A DNA stretch of 64,000 nt from contig OX597815.1 in NCBI GenBank assembly GCA_951406725.2, forward strand, positions 47,368,001 through 47,432,000. The letters are read 5' to 3'. The first letter of the stretch is position 1; each line of letters starts with the position of its first letter. Shown here piece by piece: positions 13,218 through 26,528 of this stretch. The stretch comes from Octopus vulgaris. Lineage: Eukaryota. The notes beneath the pieces are model-generated. The model was not told the DNA's origin and did not search any database. It saw only the letters and a program-made list of their open reading frames with translations. The translations under genes and the position numbers were made by a program.

Positions 13218-13225
13218 CATTTATA

Positions 13226-13260
<35 letters not shown>

Positions 13261-13592
13261 TTGTCTCTGTTTGCCTGTCTGTTTGTTTGTCTGTCTGTCT
13301 GCCTGTATGTATGTATGTGTAAACACGCACATATATAACATATGCAAATGGAATTCAATAAAATAATGTTCTAGCTTCTTATCGCATTGGGGTCAAGTTT
13401 GTTTCAATATCATTTTACTCCCTTTCATTTATTATTGTCTCTGTTACCTTCTATTTTTTTCTCTGTCCGTGATACGTTATGGCTTTCCTTTTCCCTCTCT
13501 CTCCACCCTGTTTAGCCCCTTCTCTCCCCCTCTCTCTCTCACTCTTTGTATGTATATATATACATATGTATGTATGTATGTACGTATGTATG

Positions 13593-13631
<39 letters not shown>

Positions 13632-13744
13632 GCATAAATGCCTGTATTAAAATGTTGATAGCCAAAGCATGCTCGCGTAACCATGTAGAGGCGGGCATAT
13701 GTATAGAGTTGAATCCATAAATATGTATTCCATATATAGTTGTC

Positions 13745-13930
13745 CTTGACCACCGGTGTTGGTGTGTTTACGTCACAGTAATCTAGTGGCTCGGCAAAAC
13801 TGATCGATAGACTAAATAACAGACTTAAAAGAAAATCATTACTTGGGACGATTCGTTCGACTAAAATTCTTCAAGACGGTGCTTCAGCGTGGCCACAGTC
13901 TGATAACTGAAACATATATAAAAGATAAAA
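13745..13930 (+). mobile_element. SINE family B, 3' part
   Basis: ccttgaccaccggtgttggtgtgtttacgtc..cgactaaaattcttcaagacggtgcttcagcgtggcc. Confidence 0.7.
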
Positions 13931-14434
13931 AGTAGAAAGTAGGCGTATCTATAACAGTCGATCAAGTAGAGTAGGTGCTTCTAACGATGCTGTACATTCA
14001 TAATATCATACGCATGATCTCAGTGAAGAGGCCTTACTTACCAACCCCAAGGGATAGGACCTCAGCAGGATTTGAACTCAGAACACGGAGAGCTGGAAGA
14101 AATACTGCAAAGTATTTTATCATTAAGAAAGCTGTTGCTAATTCATCACCAATTCAAAGAGAATATCTTGGCACTTTTAAGTAATACTATATCTAACATT
14201 TACTTCATGGTTCTGGATTAGGACAAGATGCAAGAACTTTGTAGAAAATTCTTTGCATGGTTTCAAAGTCTTTTCCTTTTCTTAGTTCTGTTCCATAAGT
14301 TGTTGATTTACACCTTTCACCCTTTGAGTCGAAACAAAAACACGTGAATAAAATATCTATCAAATAGCATTACATAATTGCTTCAGACTTTCTCAAAAAT
14401 TGTGGTCTACTGTACATGATAGAAATCAGTATTA

Positions 14435-14855
14435 CGAGGATGAGCTGAAAAAATTCATCAGCTGATGTGAAATATTGCATGCATTAATTTCAACTCTGCT
14501 TCTTAATAACTACATTGTTTTTTTCCAGATAAACTGAAATCTGACTCAACAGAGAAGATTTCAAAAGTAACAAGAAGCGACTTCTCTTGAAAATGGATAA
14601 AACTTGGCATCGTGGTATCATCAAGTATCTGCAGTAAAAAGGTTTAGTTCTCCAAGGACATTCACGCTGACGCTGACATCAGAAGTGCAAAAATGGGAAG
14701 CTGAATTCAAGAGGGAAAAGGAAAGTTTTGAAGGTGAGATATGGTCTAGGTGTTCTGCAAATGCCGCCACCGAGGAAAACACTGATCGTGTTCAACACAT
14801 GGTGAGGGATGACAAGCGATTGACTATAAATCAAATAACCAATACTATTAGCATA
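14435..14855 (+). mobile_element. Mariner 5' fragment, degraded
   Basis: TA+CGAGG TIR-like start. Translation EVQKWEAEFKREKESFE..AATEENTDRVQHMVRDDKRLTINQI matches the mariner HTH region. Confidence 0.8.
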
Positions 14856-15059
14856 TATCCCGTTCGTTCAGTCTACTAGTTATAGTAGCTAAGTCAATTA
14901 AAAAATTGTACTCAACTCTCTACAAAAAACAAATATTCAATAAACGGGTTGGTTATGTCTGCAACACTTTTTATCAAAAGCTTGTTCAAAAGCTTGTTCA
15001 AACGAGGCTGAACCGTCATTTTACGAAAGTATTATGTCTTTATCAATTTCATCACTTCG

Positions 15060-15408
15060 TTTGTTGTTTCAGTCATTATGTTTCGGTTAGTAAATGTAAC
15101 CAAGTACTTATTCTTTGTAAGCGTATTACTTATTTTTTCGGTCTTTTTTGCCGAACCGTTACGTTACGAGGACGTAAACACACCAACAACATCGGTTGTC
15201 AAGCGATGGTGGGGGTACAAACACAGACACACAAATACATATATATATATATACATATATACGACGGGCTTCTTTCAGTTTCCGTCTACCAAATCCACTC
15301 ACAAGGCTTTGATCGGCCCGAAGATATAGTAGAAGACAACGTTCCAGGCATTGGGACCGAATCCGGAATTATGTGGGTGGGAAGCAAGCTTCTTACCACA
15401 GAGCCACT

Positions 15409-15462
<54 letters not shown>

Positions 15463-15605
15463 GATTTCGATACTGTTTCCATCTCCCAGATCCAGTCACA
15501 AGTCATTGGTCAGATTAGGCTAGAGTAGGAGACACTTACCCGAGGTGCCACGCAGTAGAATTGCACCGAAACCACGAGATCGCTATGCGATCTTCTAAAC
15601 TACAC
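15060..15605 (-). mobile_element. SINE family B copies (15060-15410, 15478-15605)
   Basis: Reverse-complement match to 5944-6400 (ctttcagtttccgtctaccaaatccactcacaaggctttg). Confidence 0.75.
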
Positions 15606-16059
15606 ACCTTTTCAGTAATTATTTTCTTCTTACAGACATATTTTTGTGTTAGCCATCATTGATTCCTGAAGTGCTTATGTTATTATTGTTGTTGCTTAGG
15701 GCAATGAACAAAATATCATGCTGTATTTTTTCCTGCCCTTTGCGCCTTTGCGTTCAGAGTTCAAATCCTTGCGGGGTCTGTGTCGATGGTATCGTCATTC
15801 CCCTTCCCAAAATTTAAGCCGAGTGCCTATGCGAGAAAGAAATCGTTATTGCTTTTGTCCACAACCAGATCACTTCTGAATGAGTACACCATTTATCAAA
15901 GGGGCTGTAGCCATGGCCATCACGGCTTTTCCTTAGGAATTACATATCTAAACTTACATTATCCAATATATCATTTCCTTTTCAAGATGATTCGCTATAT
16001 ACAATAGCTGTATACAATAGCTTTAACAAGACTCCCTTGCTGTTATCGTAATTGATGTT

Positions 16060-16975
16060 GTTGATGTTGTTGCAGCTGCGTATTTATTTCAGATCTGATT
16101 CACCGGACGTATAACCAAAGACGTTCCAAATGCATCCACTCTATACTTTTGTATAACTATGACATTATGTAACGTGCCCTTTTTCCATTTTTGTCGTCAG
16201 TTATATGGGGTTTAGATGAAGGATTTTGCTGGTAACCGTAGTAGGTTGAGTATTCCCCGTTCATACTATTGTCGTTATTTCGGTCTAGATCAGTCCTAAT
16301 CATTTAGACCTATGCGGAAAGTCATTAGAGCTGTGACCATTTCCCTTGTTTCCCAATATGCGAGTGACTCGGGACGAACTTAGTCAACGGTAAAAAGTGA
16401 TTTGAGGAAGATTGATCTGCTGTCTGTGGCAGGCAAAATTTTCCCTTTTCGTGTTATTGTATAGCTCAGTTCTAAACAGATTTACAATGAAAGGCAAACA
16501 TCCATGATCGTCTACACCTTCTACCTATGTGCAAGAAACTCAGGACTAACATCATTAAGTTAGAGAGATATCGATGCTATTTGTAGCAGCCGGTTGTCGT
16601 TCGTTCGTGTTATTGTAGTTACTGAGTACGTTTCGTTCAGTCTAAATCCAGTAGATTCTTTTTTATTAGATCCTGGCAGTCACGACCTTCAACTTTTGTC
16701 CTCTATGCAAAGGAATTCCGGAGCACCCGAGTTAATAGTGAGATGTGATTTCAGAGATATATGACTGCTATTTGTAGCAGATCGATTGATACCTGTTCAC
16801 ATTAATGTAGTTATTGTCTAAGTCTAGATCAATGTAAAACATGCAGACCCATGATTGAAATCATAATAGTCATGAACATCAGCATTTGTCCTCAATGTAA
16901 AGAATTTGAGACCAACTAATGGTAAAGTGTGATTTGTGAAAGATTTAACTGCTATTTGTAACAAATCGAGAGAAA
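16060..16975 (+). repeat. Degenerate tandem array, ~5 copies of a ~180-bp unit
   Basis: Recurring gtgattt..gaga(t)..ctgctattt(g/c)tagcag near 16210, 16398, 16563, 16745 and 16930. Dispersed single copies at 54225-54400 (-) and 56060-56225 (+). Confidence 0.65.
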
Positions 16976-17347
16976 GAAATAGCTGCTCCTTTACTGGTTT
17001 GTGTTATTAAAATTGTGAGTGGTGGCTGTATCAGTGACAAAGTTTAACGTAGAGCAGAATATCACCTGGTCAAAGATTGTTTATTTAACACCTGTTAGCT
17101 GAAAGCCAAAAGTGTTTCGTTTAGCTCTTGTTTCCTTTTTATCAGCTGTGACCTGGATATGTTAAATTTTACGTTGTCTTTTTAATCGTTTCTTACTTTC
17201 TTATGTTTTGTTTTTGTTCTTTATTTTCTGCGTTTTGTAAAGAATTTAATTAGAAAACAGCTATAAAGAAAATTACACGAGGCACAAAGGATACTAGAAC
17301 AGAATAATACATGCACAACACACAGAATCTCTCTCTATCTCTCTCTC

Positions 17348-17397
<50 letters not shown>

Positions 17398-17543
17398 CAC
17401 ACTCACACACGAAATCACGCGCATACAATCGGGAGCGCTAAAGATTCAAATGAAGAAAGAAAACATTCAAAGCAAAAATATAAGGTTGAGGTAACCTAAC
17501 AAACACAGTATCCAAATAGACATTCGTACATATATATATATAT

Positions 17544-17602
<59 letters not shown>

Positions 17603-17622
17603 GCTATGTATGTAGGTATGTA

Positions 17623-17672
<50 letters not shown>

Positions 17673-18254
17673 ATATATATTCATAGACGTATACGCACAT
17701 GCACACTCGGAGACACACACATATACACACGAATGTATGTAGATAGGTATGAATATACGTTTGTATGTATGCCTAAGACGGTGAGAGTTATGTCGCTGAC
17801 AGGAAGGGAAAGGTAAGTAGCAAAGATAAAAGAAAAAAAAAACAGAAAAGAAACATATTGTGAGAATATCAGACGTTGAAAATAGAAAGGGAATTATTTT
17901 GCTCACATGCATATTTATAGTGTCCTAATTTAGATGTGAACTATTGAATTATGTGACCATTACCAATTTGATTACAATAACAGAACAAGTTTCAGGTTCT
18001 CACACCAATCGCCAAGTCTTCCTTATCTCCGCTTCTGATATTGTTTAAAAGCAGCTATGTAAATATTGAACCAAACACACACAAACACACACACAAACAC
18101 ACACACAAACACACATACGACACACACACAAACATACTCGCATCTACACGAACGCACGCTCACACACACACGCGCACACACACTCACACACACTTATGTG
18201 GCTTATCTCCTAACAAAAGCATTCACACTCACCAATTCACATACAAACAAATCT

Positions 18255-18302
<48 letters not shown>

Positions 18303-18532
18303 ATGTACATATATCTTTATAAATTGGTATGTATGTATAACACACATACATACACACGTGCACACATACACACACACACACATATATATATATGATAAGC
18401 GTTAAAGTGCGTATATGTGTACGTACGGTGGGTGAGTGTATCTGAAGGAACCATAGTTACAGATAAAATTCTGTGACATGCACACCAAACCACCCTACAC
18501 ACTCATACATACACACACACATATATATGAAG

Positions 18533-18609
<77 letters not shown>

Positions 18610-18621
18610 TCTATCTAAATA

Positions 18622-18754
<133 letters not shown>

Positions 18755-18762
18755 TATATATA

Positions 18763-19170
18763 CGAGGGGTGTATGAAAAGTTTTGAGCCTAACCTAGAAT
18801 CGGGGCTGTTATATAGCTGAAACAATTTTTTTCTGGTAAGTACAGTCTTTTCGGAGTATTCTTGCTCATTTTCATGATTCTGATATTTTAATTTTATTTT
18901 TTTGCTGCAGATTTTTGAATAAACAAGCTTTGAGTTTACAAGGAGAACTGAGAAAACTGAGTACCGTGCTGTCATAAAGGACCTTCATGTGAAATGGCAT
19001 GACTCCATCAGAAATCCATGAAGATATGGTGAGAACCTTAACAGACAATTCTTCTTTATATGCAACAGTCAAATGCTGGGTAACTGAATTCCAGCGTGGC
19101 AGGGCAAGTGTGGAAGATGATTCCAGACCAAGGAGACCTCCAACTGAAACCACCGAAGACAACATTGACC
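18763..19170 (+). mobile_element. Mariner 5' fragment
   Basis: TA+CGAGGGGTGTATGAAAAG TIR. ORF 18999-19202 reads TPSEIHEDM..YATVKCWVTEFQRGRASVEDDSRPRRP. Truncated where the PLE fragment begins. Confidence 0.9.
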
Positions 19171-19437
19171 TTGACCTTGGTATGATAATGCAATATTTAT
19201 AATAATTATGAATGAAATACATTATTTCATCATTCAAAAGTTAATAATAAAACATTACATACTCATTCATATATCACCACTACAAACTATAATATTAAAT
19301 TACCAGTAACAAACAGAAACATTAAATTTTATAAAATAGGAACTAATAAAAGTACTTCTAATTAACTAGTATTATAAAACTTTGCTATGTTTAAAGCTAA
19401 TTAAAACTGTTTAAAAATGATAAAACTCCAAGTATTA

Positions 19438-19539
19438 ACAGTTACATGTTTTATCAGACACGCGGTCCATCACCAAGAATTTAAAGAACCAACTTAAATA
19501 TTGATGACGCAGGGCGTAATTACTACTTCCTCAGTTGTC
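19438..19539 (-). ncRNA. Degenerate hammerhead in the PLE 3' region
   Basis: CUGAGGA, a long stem II (CGUCAUCAA/UUGGUGAUG, ACGC/GCGU), then AAAA-CAUG-UA. G12 is mutated and stem I is poor. Confidence 0.45.
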
Positions 19540-19884
19540 TCAGACAATATTGGTGATGCAAGTAAGCAAATAACTCGAATCGAATACCTTCCAAATCCTT
19601 ACAAATATTTGCTAAGCTGAAGACTAGATATTATCCCATATTTATTTAAAATTTCAAGTTTCCCACCTAAACAGTGATTAAAAGTTTTAACCAATTTACC
19701 ATATTTATACCATTGTTTTACTTAATGTCTTAACAGTTTCTTTATTCTTTACAAAAGTTTAGTAGCATTATTAATAATAGTACTACATCTAACAACTTGC
19801 CCCGCTAAAACACCATAACCAATTAAAGAAAGAATTTTACTACTGAACCATGGCATTGAAGCCACTTGGAAACCAAAATCTTTT

Positions 19885-20694
19885 GGATCCTTTCCTTTTG
19901 AACGGCAGTTTTCAACACAATTTCTAGTTAACTAAACACTTTTAAACTTCGTATACTGGTAGAATGTGTTTATAAAACATCATTTTTCTTGACTTTATTG
20001 AGAAAATTCTATAGTTTGTAAGATATTTCCACTTTAAAATCGAGCATTTCGGCAATTTTAACCAATCGCTGACCTCCATTTAGGTAAACAACATTCCGTG
20101 CTGTATGAATATGTCCCTCCTTTAAGAAACAGATTGGGTTTATTTAAATTTGCGAAGAAAAAAGATACCCCTCCCCACCCCTAACCCTAACCCTAAAACA
20201 GATTGAAATGCAATAGATCGATACTAGGGTTATAATTATGGGTGACAATTTCATACGACACAGCTACGGAAAATGAGATTTCTTTCTAGCGGTGTCAAAT
20301 GAAAATGTCACCTATAATTATAACCCTAGTATCGATCTATTGCATTTCAATCTGTTTTAGGGTTAGGGTTAGTTAGAATTAGGGTTAGGGTTAGGGGTGG
20401 GGGAAGGGTATCTTTTTTTCTTCGCAAATGTAAATAAACCCAATCTATTACTTAAAGGAGGGACATATTCATACAGCACGGATTGTTGTTTACCTAAATG
20501 GAGGTCAGTGATTGGTTAAAATTGCCGAAATGCTCGATTTTAAAGTAGAAATATCTTACAAACTATAGAATTTTTTCAATAAAGCCAAGAAAAAAATGAT
20601 GTTATATAAACACATTCTACCAGTATACGAAGTTTAAAAGTGTTTAGTTAACTAGAAATTGTGTTGACATATGCCGTTCAAAAGGAAAAGATCC
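19885..20694. mobile_element. Foldback DNA element, ~390-bp arms, 8-bp TSD, telomere-type repeats in arms
   Basis: GGATC..GATCC termini. TSD AATCTTTT at 19877-19884 and 20695-20702. Spacer ~20 bp (20267-20286). (CCCTAA)3 at 20179-20196 and TTAGGG repeats at 20357-20396. Confidence 0.92.
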
Positions 20695-21253
20695 AATCTT
20701 TTTTATTATAAATGTCAGTGCATATTTCATTATTATCCTTAATTACTAGATTGACATCTAAATAATTAATATTTCTTATATTGTTACAATTTCTGGTAGC
20801 TATAAGTTCACTAAGGTATATTTTTCTGAGTAAAAATTCAAAGAAATCCTAATTAGGTATAAATATATCATCTATGTATCTGCAGCATGCATCAAGTTGT
20901 TTAAGCAAACCTATCTTTTTCCTAGCACATAGGTCCTTAAGAAAAAACAGAACTCGCATGAAGATAGATAAATGTCCGCCAATAAGGGGTTAAAATTGCC
21001 CACCATTGGAATTCCCCTAACCTGCACAAACACCCTACCCGCAAACATTACAAACGAATTATTAGTAATAAAACTAGCCATTTCTTTCATTTTCCTATTA
21101 CTTGTATTAGTATATCCCTTATAACAACAATTAGACAAGAAACCTTTACCACCCTTTAAAAGTATTCATTTATATCCTTTACTAAAAATAATATCTGATA
21201 TTCTAAAAATACCATCTTCTACACCTTATAATATACGCATATGTATTTATGTG

Positions 21254-21294
<41 letters not shown>

Positions 21295-21692
21295 ATGTAC
21301 GTATATATATATATATACGTTCATATATATATACATGTGTACTCACAGATATATTAGTGTGCGTGTGTGTGCGTATTATAAGACATCAGTTGATTGAGTA
21401 GAACACCTGGAGTAGAAATTCATTGTGTAAAATATTAGCACAGGTGTGGACGGGTGATGTATGTGTGTGTGTGTGTGTGTGTGTGTGAGTGTGTGTGTGC
21501 GTGTGCGTGCGTGTGCGTGTAGGTTTATGTATATATGTGTGTAGGTATGTTTGTGCGTGTGCGTGAGTGCGTATGTTTGTGTATGAATGTGTGCGAAAAT
21601 GAATATTGTGTAAGTTTTCATGACAAATTTGTGAAGAGACCGTATACACGCGAGAGTGAGAAAGAGAGAGAGAGAGAGAGAGCATGTGTGTA

Positions 21693-21741
<49 letters not shown>

Positions 21742-21847
21742 GGGAGATTTGGAGCAGGCAAGTTAGAAATAAAAGCCATATAAACGGAGAGAGCGTATGA
21801 AACAACAGCCCCAAAGATTACGGACTTTACTGCTTGAATGCGCACAC

Positions 21848-22150
21848 ATACATACATACATACATACATACATACATACATACATACATACAAACACACA
21901 CACACATACATACATACATACATACATACATACATACAAACATACATACATACATACATACATACATACACATACATACATACATACATACATACATACA
22001 TACATACATACATACATACATACATACATACATACATACATACATACATACATACATACATACATACATACATACATACATACATACATACATACATACA
22101 TACATACATACATACAAACATACATACATACATACATACATACATACATA
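21848..22150. repeat. (CATA)n microsatellite, ~300 bp
   Basis: Direct reading. Confidence 0.95.
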
Positions 22151-22419
22151 CGCAATCATGTTTATTTATTTGCATTCTTTTGTTGAAACCTTTCTCCTAT
22201 TAGTTATTGTTGTTGTTTTCCCTCCAAGGTCAATGTTTCTGGAAGGGACCTATGAAATTGTAGCTAGTCGTGCGAACTACTTTTATGTGATCCACAGATT
22301 CATTGTTGTGCGTCGAAGTTTTCATCGTTCGATACACTTTTCAGTCATGATTCTGTGTGTGTGTGTGTATGTGTGTGTGTATTTACAGCTAGGATATGTA
22401 CCGAGATACATAATCCAAT

Positions 22420-23030
22420 GTGACATTTCTCATTTGAGGACGAGAGCTTTGTGGTTGGAAGTTAATTTAGCGTGATGCAGGACAACTCAAACAACCGCGG
22501 GAACGCATCCTGTTCACGTATAGGTTTGTTTGTTGGTTCATCCTACATTTTACTTTGTATAAGTTTAGCTTCTTTGAATGTGTAGGACTCTTTGTTGATT
22601 AGCACAGGGCCATCATGTTGGCTAGCAGTTTAGCGCTGCTTTTTTGTCTATCATAGTACAAACATGATATATTACAGTGTTGATTTGTTGGCTTCTTAAA
22701 ACAGCTTTGTTAGTATGTGTAAGGCTGATCCGTCGGCTGGTAGAATTTTTCATATTAGCTGGTAGAGGCTACCTTTCGTGGCTTGCACTGACGCACTTGT
22801 TGGATTAGCAGACACTGCATTATGGGCTGATAGAGGGCAGCCTTGTTGGTTGGCTGGTTGGTAGAAAGCAGCCATTCTAATGATACGCAGTGTATTGTTA
22901 GACAATTCCGAACTGTTAGAGGCTCTGTTTTGACTATTTTGTTGAGTGATCGAACGCTAATTTGTTTCTTCATAAAGGGCTGCATTGATTGTACGTAGAG
23001 TTTCATGCGCTGTATTCTATTGTAAAAATA
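22420..23030 (-). mobile_element. Possible highly degraded non-LTR retrotransposon
   Basis: Frame-broken resemblance to post-RT LINE sequence (NTLRII..GCFLPT..). Weak. Confidence 0.25.
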
Positions 23031-23532
23031 AATTTTACTTTAGAATCTTAATAGAATCTTGAAATCAAATTCTATTAAGCGCAGTATGTCACAGTCTTAT
23101 CATGAAGATATCTATTCCTTTAAAGATTAAGACACGATTCGAATACAACAACAAGAAATAAGAACAAGCGTCTTTCGACTGAGAACGATTCAAATTGAGC
23201 TGGCGTGTATGAAGTAAAAGCCTAAAACCAGGATCATGGGAGATTGACACAAGACGTGTTGACAGTTGGCAGTCAGGGCAAGAAAGAAAGATCATGGCAG
23301 GCCGGACATCGGTCACGTGGAAGGAGAAGAGAAGGGTAGTAAACAGCGGGATTGGAGGATTATAAGAAATCAGAGACAAAGGGAAATGCGCAAGGGATAT
23401 AAACGAGTGGATAATAGTGGGAGTTAAATAAAGAGAGGGCCAAGAAATGTGAGAGAGGGTGAGAGAGAGAAAGGAAGAAAAATGAGAGGGGGAGTAATAG
23501 ATAAAGTAAGGGCCGTACCAAATTTAGATACC

Positions 23533-23610
<78 letters not shown>

Positions 23611-23613
23611 GTA

Positions 23614-24156
23614 CGAGCAAAATGCCTCACCCTCGTCCAATGGACGGTGCTGAGTTGTCAAACATTTAAACCAAATTTTCTCAAAACAACTTGTCCGACT
23701 GTCCCATAGGCCTCCCCTTTGAGAAACACTGATTTAACCTAAATTTGAGGCACCGGCAAAAGAAGAAATAAAGATAAACTTTTTTCTATTCCAAAGAAAA
23801 ACGATTTTATTCACACAAATATGCAACCGAAGAGTTTAAAGTACCAGTAATGATAAGGCTGTTGATTGGGAGAACACAAATATGGTTTAAACAGTAAGCT
23901 TGGCAGGAAAGAAAAGTGCCTTTAAGCAGTACAAAAACAACAAAGAATGGAAGGTGCAGTTATGTACAGGTCGACGGAAGAAAAACAGGACAAAAATGGC
24001 TTTATCGATCGCATTCTCACCTGGAATCGATGTTTGTAACTTTTTCAAGACTTATACACGTCCTGATGCCGTCGGTATCTACATATCAAATATGAGTGCA
24101 ATCGGATGGAGGATGCCCGAGATCCTAGAAGACACACAGACAGGCAGACAGAACGG

Positions 24157-24170
<14 letters not shown>
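23614..24170 (-). mobile_element. Non-autonomous Helitron-like element
   Basis: Minus-strand 5' TATATAAAAGATCCGTTCTGTCTG.. head of the same style as the other copies. 3' hairpin CGTCC-AAT-GGACG (23630-23645) and a degenerate CTAG end at 23614-23617. Confidence 0.55.
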
Positions 24171-24237
<67 letters not shown>

Positions 24238-24245
24238 ATACATAT

Positions 24246-24281
<36 letters not shown>

Positions 24282-24283
<2 letters not shown>

Positions 24284-24470
24284 TCTTTTACTTGTTCCAG
24301 TCATTTGATTGCGACCATGCTGGAGCACCACATTCTGTCGAACAAATCGACCCAAGGACTTATTCTTTGTAAGCCTGGTACTTATACTATCATTCATGTT
24401 TGCCGAATCGCCAAGTTACGAGGACATAAACACACCAACATCGGTTGTCAAGCGATGGTGGAGGGACAAA
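24282..24470 (-). mobile_element. SINE family B, 3' part
   Basis: actcttttacttgttccagtcatttga..acaccaacatcggttgtcaagcgatggtg. Confidence 0.8.
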
Positions 24471-24492
24471 CACAACCGCGCACACACACGCA

Positions 24493-24585
<93 letters not shown>

Positions 24586-24805
24586 GTTCCTCTCACCAAG
24601 TATGTATACAGTTATGTCCTTTCACTGCAATATTAGAGCGTTTAGTTCTTATTTCTATCAATGTATTTGTTTCTAACACCCTAATCATAATTAATGACGG
24701 TTACAGTTTTACTCTTTGGTACCCATTGCTTACTGCTGTCTACATTACTTATTTGTATACTCGTTAGCGATTCGCTAAGCGATGCATAGATTTCTATGTT
24801 GTAGA

Positions 24806-24957
24806 TATATATGCTGGCAATGATCATTATCCGAGAACAGCCGAGTCACGCCGACCCCATTGAAGAGACATTGGCGAAAATGCCGAAACTGACTGATCAG
24901 TCTGGGAATATCTCGACCGCTGCTTTTTCGGGCGATAACGGTCTGTCGGCATGTATG
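24806..24957 (+). ncRNA. Full-length type-I hammerhead ribozyme with extended stem I (C3U core variant)
   Basis: CCCA-UUGAAGA-GACAUU-GGCGAA-AAUGCC-GAAA-CUGA-CUGA-UCAG-UC-UGGG (24856-24906), cleavage triplet GUC. Stem I continues with CGAG/CUCG, CAGC/GCUG, GAUCAUUAUC/GAUAACGGUC and AUGCUGGCA/UGUCGGCAU. Confidence 0.75.
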
Positions 24958-25024
24958 TAAAAAATTATGAGCTTTGGTTGTACCTCTCTTTCTCTGTACT
25001 TCTTGATATCTATCTAACTTTCTT

Positions 25025-25100
<76 letters not shown>

Positions 25101-25404
25101 CACACACACACATATAATTACATAGCTCTGCTTTTTACCCTACAGCCCTTAACTATTTATCATTTTTTTTGTCATTAACCTTTATTTCTTCTTCTTCTTC
25201 TTCTTCTTCTTCTTCTTCTTCTTCTTCATCATCATCATCATCATCATCATTATCATTATCATCATCATCATCTTCTTCTTCTTCTTTTCCCCCTTTCTCT
25301 CTCTCTCTCTCTCTTGTCTCTCTCTCTCTTTTGTCTCTCTCTCTCTCTCTCTCTCTTTTATCCTCCTTTCGTTATCTTTGTCCTCTCCCCATTCTCTCTC
25401 CCTC

Positions 25405-25453
<49 letters not shown>

Positions 25454-26324
25454 CTTCTGCCAATTGCAGATGTTGCTTAAAGATGACGTTTCCAAATGGC
25501 TGAAGTGCAAAAAGGAGATGCGATCCAAAGCAAAACGTAAAACGAAACACTATATCAAACAAATGACAAACAAACCACTCTCGGCAGTGTCCATCACACA
25601 TTTTAGCTGTCCATCACACATTACCTCCTTTGTCATAATAATTATGTAAAAAAACATTAAGCAACACACGCTCTCTCTCTCCCTTTCTCTCTCTCTCTCT
25701 CTTTCTCTCTCCCCCTCTCTTTCTCTCTGTCTCTGTCTGTCTCTCTGTCTCTGTCTGTCTGTCTCTCTCTGTGCTTGTCAAAGAAATATTGCCAGTTACT
25801 GTTATATAACTTCTGAAGCAGTTAACTAGAAGAAGAGAAATAACCACAACGCACCATCACCACCACCACCACCACATCACCCTTACAATAACAACAACAG
25901 AAATAGCAACGAATAACGAAGTATGAACTCTCATCTTCGCTAAAGTATGATTTAAGAAGAGGAGAAAATCAGAGGGAGAAATATAGGGGTGGGTTTGGGA
26001 CAAATTAACTTTCTTGATGCCATCGAGTTCGTGATCGAATTGATAAGTTATTTGACTAATTGCTATTCAATAATAGTCGAGCAGGCTGATTTACGATCTA
26101 GGAATCGAAGACAACAAGCAATAACAGCAACATTAACAATGAAAAACCTCATTATCATCTGCACGATGATGATGATCGTTATCATCGTCATGGACATAAT
26201 CATCGGCAGTGATAGCAGCAGAAAGAACTACAACGGAAAGATCAACAACGATATAACATTAATATCCACGAGGGCTATGTAGATGATGCAAAGAAGAGCA
26301 GAATGATTACAGCCAATACAGATA

Positions 26325-26525
26325 GTAGTAGTGGTGGTAGTGGTGGTGGTAGCAGTGGTAGTGGTGGTTCTGGTGGTGGTGGTGGTTCTGGTGGTGGTTC
26401 TGGTGGTGGTGGTGGTAGTGGTGCTGCTGATACTGGTGGTGGTGGTGGTGGTTGCGGTGGTGGTTGTGGTGGTGGTGGTTGTGGTGGTTTGGTGGTGGTG
26501 GTGGTGGTGGTGGTGGTGGTGGCGG
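26325..26525. repeat. (GGT)n-rich compound repeat
   Basis: Direct reading. Confidence 0.95.
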
Positions 26526-26528
26526 TGA

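Larger units (their letters stand above)
19240..21230 (-). mobile_element. Penelope-like element RT fragment (Naiad-like), interrupted by a foldback
   Basis: VQVRGIPMVGNFNPLLADIYL (20911-21138 ORF), then CRYIDDIFI (~20858-20884), NYLDV, IYNKKD|FGFQVASMPWFSS..GQVVR across the insertion. HHR remnant in the 3' region. Confidence 0.8.

Noticed and set aside
20179-20396. Interstitial telomere or chromosome fusion site
   Set aside because: There are only a few repeats, and they lie symmetrically inside TSD-flanked transposon arms.
23080-23520. Possible further HHR cassette next to (TA)n
   Set aside because: I could not place a complete CUGANGA/GAAA/UH core with paired stems.
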